A DNA stretch of 64,000 nucleotides, taken from contig JADGDD010000002.1 in assembly GCA_016745075.1 (NCBI GenBank), forward strand, positions 2,034-66,033. Reading direction: 5' to 3'. Source of the stretch: Planctomycetota bacterium. Lineage in GTDB: Bacteria > Planctomycetota > UBA11346. How positions within the stretch are numbered: position 1 is the stretch's first letter; each line of letters starts with the position of its first letter. The notes beneath the pieces were generated by a model. It searched no databases and had not been told where the DNA came from. It saw nothing but the letters and a program-made list of their open reading frames with translations. Both the position numbers and the translations under genes were made by a program. Positions 58,576 through 64,000 of the stretch are shown here, piece by piece.

Positions 58576-59451
58576 TTATTTATGCTTGCTGGCGTCTTTC
58601 CCTACTTCGCCCATCTTCAAGCCTCGATAGATACTGGGAGAAATTGTGTAATAACGGCTGAATGCTTTAGAGAAAGTGAATGGGTCGTTAAATCCAATTT
58701 CATCAGCAATTGCTGAAATCGTTGTATCCGTTTGTCTCAGTAGCTCAGCAGCGCGGTTAAGCTTTAATCGTTGTAAATAGGCATAAGGACTATCGCTGCC
58801 ATGTTTTTTAAATATTCTAGTTAAATAGGCACGGTCAATATTACAAGCCTCTGCGATTTCTTGGGCACTGTGGAGGTGGAGGAAATGTTCATCAATATAA
58901 CTACGGCAACGGGCATAGGTTTGCATCGCTCCACTCACTTGTTTAACACCAGCGATCATGCCATGATGGATGGTGCATAATAACACTCGGGCATAGCTGT
59001 TACAAATTTCTTGAGCAAAAGGGCCGCCAGCAGACGCTGCTGTTAAGAGCGTATTAAAAATATTTTCAACAGCAGCGGCATTGTCTATGGAAAAAGTGCC
59101 AGACCAAAATCCACAATGCTGTTGAATCTGAGAAAGCAGGGCTTCACCAAAGCCCTCGATCAGAACAATGTCTAAAGGTTTCTCACCTACGCGAATATCG
59201 CTTTCCCAAAAGGCATGGCTGGAAAGAATAAACCCTGGTTGCAAATGAGATGTCCATTGTTGCGAGGTAATAGTTGCCTGTCCACGCAATACCAACAGAA
59301 TAATATGTCGATTATGTTTGCGTGTTATGGCACTAGAACCTGGACCCCATCGCTCACGTGCTACACGACGAATTGCGAATTGGGCTTGCGGTGGTGGTGC
59401 AAGATAATGCTCATTTTGGCGAATGATATGAGCCGGCCAACAGTTGTTCAT
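58576..59451 (-). CDS. AraC-family regulator (divergent from ABC transporter)
   Basis: AIADEIGFNDPFTFSKAFSRYYTISPSIYR. Confidence 0.92.
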   Translation of the reverse strand: MNNCWPAHIIRQNEHYLAPPPQAQFAIRRVARERWGPGSSAITRKHNRHIILLVLRGQATITSQQWTSHLQPGFILSSHAFWESDIRVGEKPLDIVLIEGFGEALLSQIQQHCGFWSGTFSIDNAAAVENIFNTLLTAASAGGPFAQEICNSYARVLLCTIHHGMIAGVKQVSGAMQTYARCRSYIDEHFLHLHSAQEIAEACNIDRAYLTRIFKKHGSDSPYAYLQRLKLNRAAELLRQTDTTISAIADEIGFNDPFTFSKAFSRYYTISPSIYRGLKMGEVGKDASKHK

Positions 59452-59591
59452 ATCCTCAGTTTTGCAGACTGATAGTTCAAGGTCAAGGCATTGCATGTTT
59501 TAATGGGTCACAAATAGACATACAGAGGTCAAGCTATGCTATATGCAATATTTTACATGCTATATACTGTCTACGCACAACTTAAAAGAAC

Positions 59592-61346
59592 ATGGTGGAT
59601 ATTATGGCCAAAGAAGCACATTCAGCATTCAAAACCTTACGGATTTTAATACGTCTTATTGGGGCTGGCCCCATGAGTCATACGTGGATCGCGTTGGTTA
59701 ACTTAGTAAAAACCTTACCTGTGCTATTGGCTCCAGTATTCCTTTCGGAATTGGTTAGGATTGCACGGCACAACGAATCCGAAGATCAGACATGGCTTAT
59801 TACGCTCTGTATTGGTTTTGCGGTATTAATTCTGATGAATGTGCCAGTGCATGTGTATTTTATTCATTTAACAAGTCGTTTAACGCGCCGTATGGAATAT
59901 GATTTACGTACACGCCTTATTCAATGTATGCAACGATTGTCAATGGGTTTTCATACGGCAACTCCATCTGGCTCTTTGCAGGCGAAGGTTTTACGTGATG
60001 TAGATTCCTTAGTGCAACTGGTTACTGTTCTTTTTGCGGTGTGTTTACCATCGCTTGTAGGTGGAATTTGGTCATTAAGTTTTGCTTTTATCAGTAACCC
60101 GCTCGTTGGTATTGCGTTTGTTGTAGCCACACCACCAGCAGTATTATTATTACGAGGATTCCGTGCTCCCTTAAAAGAAACGAATAAACGGTATCGACAG
60201 CGAATGGAGCATATGGCATCTCGTCTTTCAGAAATGATTGATCTTATTCCTATGACACGTGCCCATGGGAATGAGTCAACAGAAGAGCGAGTCGCAGAAG
60301 GGCATCTCCAGCATGTACAACATGAAGGTCATAGTTTAGATAAAACAACGGCTCTCTTTCAATCATCAAGTTGGGCTTGTATGCAGATGTTATTATGTAG
60401 TGTGGCATCGTTATCGGCAGTGCTAGCATGGATGGGACATATGTCAGTTGAACATATTATTCTCTATCATGGTTTGTTCGCTTTAGTTGTTGGTCACTTT
60501 ACTCAATTTATGATGTTTTTACCACAATTAGCGCGTGGAGTTGATGCGATAGAATCGATGGATGAAGTGTTGTCATCACCGGAGGTAGAAGAAAACGAAG
60601 GGAAAATGCATCTAGAAGATGTGCGTGGTGCTTTAGCATTTAAGCAGGTGAAATTTTCTTACCCAGACGGACAAACAGCTTTGCATAATTTTTCCTTATC
60701 TGTGGAGCCAGGAGAATGCGTGGCTTTTGTTGGTCCATCTGGTTCAGGCAAATCAACATTATTAAATTTACTTATCGGTTTCTGGAGAACACAAGGTGGA
60801 TCTATTCATTTAGAGGGTATAGACCAAGAAAATATAGATATGCGTTCATGGCGTAAACATGTAGCGGTGGTTCCGCAGACAACGGTTCTGGTTTCAGGGT
60901 CCGTGCGGGATAATGTTTGTTATGGTATGGAAGGGCTTTCTGATGACGATGTGTGGAGTGCGTTACAGGTTGCAGACTTGGCAGAGACCATCGATGCTTG
61001 GCCGAACAAATTAGAGACAGAAATTGGATCAAATGGAGTTAAATTATCTGGCGGTCAACGTCAACGTCTCGCAATAGCACGAGCGGTTATTCGTGATCCC
61101 AAAGTCATTATTTTGGATGAGGCGACTTCAGCACTGGATGTGTTTAGTGAAAATGCTATTCAAGAATCCATAGATCGTTTAACCACAGGTAGAACGACAT
61201 TAATTGTCGCACACCGCTTATCGACAATTAAAAAAGCGAGCCGTGTTGTGGTGATGAAAGATGGCTGTTGCGTGGAAAGTGGCACCCGTGCAGAGCTGTT
61301 GGCTCAACAGGGCATTTTCTACGATATGCACAAAATGCAGGCCTAG
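59592..61346 (+). CDS. ABC exporter, fused permease/ATP-binding protein
   Basis: TM domain plus GPSGSGKST, LSGGQRQR, ILDEATSALD and AHRLSTI. Confidence 0.94.
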   Translation: MVDIMAKEAHSAFKTLRILIRLIGAGPMSHTWIALVNLVKTLPVLLAPVFLSELVRIARHNESEDQTWLITLCIGFAVLILMNVPVHVYFIHLTSRLTRRMEYDLRTRLIQCMQRLSMGFHTATPSGSLQAKVLRDVDSLVQLVTVLFAVCLPSLVGGIWSLSFAFISNPLVGIAFVVATPPAVLLLRGFRAPLKETNKRYRQRMEHMASRLSEMIDLIPMTRAHGNESTEERVAEGHLQHVQHEGHSLDKTTALFQSSSWACMQMLLCSVASLSAVLAWMGHMSVEHIILYHGLFALVVGHFTQFMMFLPQLARGVDAIESMDEVLSSPEVEENEGKMHLEDVRGALAFKQVKFSYPDGQTALHNFSLSVEPGECVAFVGPSGSGKSTLLNLLIGFWRTQGGSIHLEGIDQENIDMRSWRKHVAVVPQTTVLVSGSVRDNVCYGMEGLSDDDVWSALQVADLAETIDAWPNKLETEIGSNGVKLSGGQRQRLAIARAVIRDPKVIILDEATSALDVFSENAIQESIDRLTTGRTTLIVAHRLSTIKKASRVVVMKDGCCVESGTRAELLAQQGIFYDMHKMQA

Positions 61347-61349
61347 GAA

Positions 61350-64000
61350 TTATTTCATGCCGAGCATGTCTTGCACTTGCTCGGCAAGGTCTGGATGACT
61401 ATCTTCCCAAACGTCTAAGGCTTCAAAAAGGTCATCTTCATTAAGTTTCATGTTTGAGAAGCTAAATATAGTCGGTGGATTATAGAGAAGTGGTTCTATA
61501 GAAGCAATTGGGTTCTCGTCACACATCAAAGATTGTAAATGTATATTTTCTAGTGGGAGTAATGAACTGATAGAGCAGTTGGTACAAAAAAGCTTACTCA
61601 AAGCTGGAAGGTTTTGAACAAAATCAAGTGATGTAATATTGCTACATGAATTAATGTTGAGTTCACGAAGGCTTTCTGACGTAAATGTTGAGAGGCTAGA
61701 AAGGGAGGTCCCATTAATAAATAATTGCTCAAGTTTACAGTTTTCAATGCCTGCTAAAGATGTAATGCCTGTATATGCTAGTGACAGTGTTGTCAGTGTG
61801 GACTGTGGAGTGGCGGCTAAAGGACTGAGGTCAGTAACCAGCGTGTTATCAAGCATCAGGCTTTGAAGTGGCATTTTACTTAAATTATCAAGAGATGAAA
61901 TCTGGGTATAAGATAGATCAGCATGTATGAGTTTTGACAAACGAAGAGGGCCAAGGTCTTTCAGTTTAGAACAATTCGTAATATTAATGGTTTTAAGCTT
62001 TGCATTGCTGAGCGGTTCGAGTGTGGTGATATGTTTGTTGTCACTAATAGTCAAATGGTGGAGCGGTAATTCGGCAAGTGTTTTAATGGATGAATTGGTT
62101 AGTGATGGGCCAGCAATAAGGCGATTGAGTGGGATGATTTTTGGCTTAATCAATGGCGTTAAATTGCTGCTGATTGGGGCAAGAAGTCTGAGGCTGAGGC
62201 CATCAGCATTGTGGTAGAGTTGAAAATGTTCTTTTTTCCAACCATGATTGATAAGTTGGTCTCGCCATGTTTTCAGGCCAGCCCTAATTTTATTATTAAT
62301 GGTGGCGTTTTCGAGCCCTTCATTCGCACGACGTTTACGGTCTTTTGAAAGGTTTGCGGTCAGTAATATGTCTCTGTATAACATAATCGCTGTACGGTAT
62401 TCTCTCAGTGAGAGGAAGTGGTCGGCAATATCAAGGATGTCCGTTAATTGAGACGGTGCACGTTCTTCTATGGTGACATCGTGCAGAGTGCAGGATGTGT
62501 TGTTGAAGTAGAGGCCGCATTTATTAAATTCATCACCACCAAGGATTCCATTTTCGTCGGTGACGGATAATAATTCTTGGTCGTTAATCGTAAGCGAGAG
62601 AGTGTTTCCTGATATTTGTGCAACAACAAGATAGGTTGTACCAGAACTAGGAATCCATGTAGATTCTGCCAGTGGGCGCGATTCGTTGCCGTCTGCACGG
62701 AGAATGCGAGTAGAGGTATTGCCCCAGCCGCCAATATTAAAAATATATCCATGAGAATAGTGACTGCCGCGTAGAATGGCATTAAAGCCGCCATCTGTAC
62801 CCTCATGCCAAGTTACGCGGTAAATGATACGCATGTCGCCATGATATGCGGCGTTACGAATTAAATGCAGGGGAGCAACGCGTTCCGGCATAATTTTGAG
62901 GCCGTCTTGTTCAAGTGAGATTATATTTTTGGGTAAGTGACGTAGGTATTTACTGGTAATGTGGAGATGGCTATCCCAGCCGGTATGGCAATTCCAGTCT
63001 TTGTCATAGGGTTGAAGTTTTGTTTTGTCAAAATGGGTGCTCCAAACTTCACGCCAAATTGGTTTAGTGTTTTCGTAGAGTTCAGTTTCTAACGTTTCTT
63101 TGGCTGCGACTAGCTCTTTGTTTTCTAACTGAACGAGTTCTTGTTCTTTTTTAATGCTGCTGGTTATTATTGCAGAGAAAATAAAGGCAGCAATGACGAG
63201 GGTTGCGGCAAGAATCGAAATAGAACAGATGGCGCGGTGTCGTCGATAAAATTTAGCAATTTGTTCAGGTAAACTGTCTATCTTAGCAGAAATGCTGCGG
63301 CCATCTAAATATCCTAACACATCTTCTCGTAAATCAGCCACTGTTTGGTAACGATTGTCTGGATTATAGCGCAGGGCTTTCATGCATATGGCAGCAAGTT
63401 CAGGAGGTAAGTCATTTTGGTGACTTTCCGGTGGTGGGATGTGGCCATGAGCTGCTGCATGAATTGTTTCATCTAAGGTCTTGCAGTTGACGGGTGGGTG
63501 CCCCGTCAGTATTTCATAAAGAATGCCGCCAAGTGCATAGATGTCACTGCGTCCATCAACAGATTTTATTTTCCCCTGTGCCTGCTCTGGCGACATATAG
63601 GCAGGAGTGCCAATGATGCTCCCGTCCAAGGTATTATGAGAAGAAGCGTCACCAGCGGTGTCAGAAAAAATTTCATCTACGGAAGAGGCGGAACGTTCAT
63701 CAGCATTATCTGAGTGTTGATCACTGAGGTTTTTTGCGAGGCCCCAGTCCATCACCATGACTTCACCATATTCACCAACCATGATATTGTCTGGTTTGAG
63801 GTCTCGATGAATCACCCGTTTGGCATGCGCGTAGTCAATACCATTACATATATTGATAAACATATTAATTAAAAACCATTGTCCTGGTTTTTGTTCTGGT
63901 TTATCATTGAGCACTTCTGCAAGACTGCGGCCACGAACAAGTTTCATGGTAAAATAGGAGCGACCAGCTTTATCAACGCCAAGTTCATGAACAGGAACAA
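61350..64000 (-). CDS. Receptor-type Ser/Thr kinase with beta-sandwich and LRR domains (5' end outside window)
   Basis: Frame stays open to the window edge (VPVHELGVDKAGRSYFTM); HRDLKPDN, DWG and GTPAYMSPE; TM; LxxLxLxxTxIxxL repeats. Confidence 0.92.
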   Translation of the reverse strand, partial: VPVHELGVDKAGRSYFTMKLVRGRSLAEVLNDKPEQKPGQWFLINMFINICNGIDYAHAKRVIHRDLKPDNIMVGEYGEVMVMDWGLAKNLSDQHSDNADERSASSVDEIFSDTAGDASSHNTLDGSIIGTPAYMSPEQAQGKIKSVDGRSDIYALGGILYEILTGHPPVNCKTLDETIHAAAHGHIPPPESHQNDLPPELAAICMKALRYNPDNRYQTVADLREDVLGYLDGRSISAKIDSLPEQIAKFYRRHRAICSISILAATLVIAAFIFSAIITSSIKKEQELVQLENKELVAAKETLETELYENTKPIWREVWSTHFDKTKLQPYDKDWNCHTGWDSHLHITSKYLRHLPKNIISLEQDGLKIMPERVAPLHLIRNAAYHGDMRIIYRVTWHEGTDGGFNAILRGSHYSHGYIFNIGGWGNTSTRILRADGNESRPLAESTWIPSSGTTYLVVAQISGNTLSLTINDQELLSVTDENGILGGDEFNKCGLYFNNTSCTLHDVTIEERAPSQLTDILDIADHFLSLREYRTAIMLYRDILLTANLSKDRKRRANEGLENATINNKIRAGLKTWRDQLINHGWKKEHFQLYHNADGLSLRLLAPISSNLTPLIKPKIIPLNRLIAGPSLTNSSIKTLAELPLHHLTISDNKHITTLEPLSNAKLKTINITNCSKLKDLGPLRLSKLIHADLSYTQISSLDNLSKMPLQSLMLDNTLVTDLSPLAATPQSTLTTLSLAYTGITSLAGIENCKLEQLFINGTSLSSLSTFTSESLRELNINSCSNITSLDFVQNLPALSKLFCTNCSISSLLPLENIHLQSLMCDENPIASIEPLLYNPPTIFSFSNMKLNEDDLFEALDVWEDSHPDLAEQVQDMLGMK

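Overview
Bacterial chromosomal window, probably PVC superphylum (Planctomycetota-like). This is inferred from four Hanks-type Ser/Thr kinase genes, ECF sigma/anti-sigma pairs, a membrane-anchored terpene-cyclase-fold protein and several AraC-sugar enzyme modules. Region 1-13.5 kb is accessory: IS4 and IS3 relics, a gene frameshifted by an exact 79-bp duplication, a FAD-oxidoreductase/Fe-ADH module, an MCP with three PilJ/NarX-like repeats, a GH2 beta-glucuronidase and a GH36/27-like hydrolase. Region 13.74-21.70 kb is a complete ~7.95-kb integrated element at the 3' end of tRNA-Leu(GAG), with 17-bp direct repeats and matching arm-type sites. It carries a P4-like integrase, an Xis-like HTH, AlpA, DUF3987, a putative ori, a TerS-like protein, an XRE regulator and a DUF285/BspA lipoprotein cargo, but no virion genes, so it looks like a minimalist phage satellite (PICI/PICMI-like). 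A second, longer tRNA 3' fragment lies 189 bp beyond it. Region 21.8-64 kb is core-like: rluD-like, pth, GH94, TonB receptor, ybaB, dnaE with a degenerate PHP site, infC, moeB/thiF and avtA. It also holds a His-rich/Cys-rich EF-hand paralog pair and a translationally coupled receptor kinase + pseudokinase pair facing an FHA-GAF-degenerate HD-GYP gene. All calls come from reading motifs by eye; no database searches were run.
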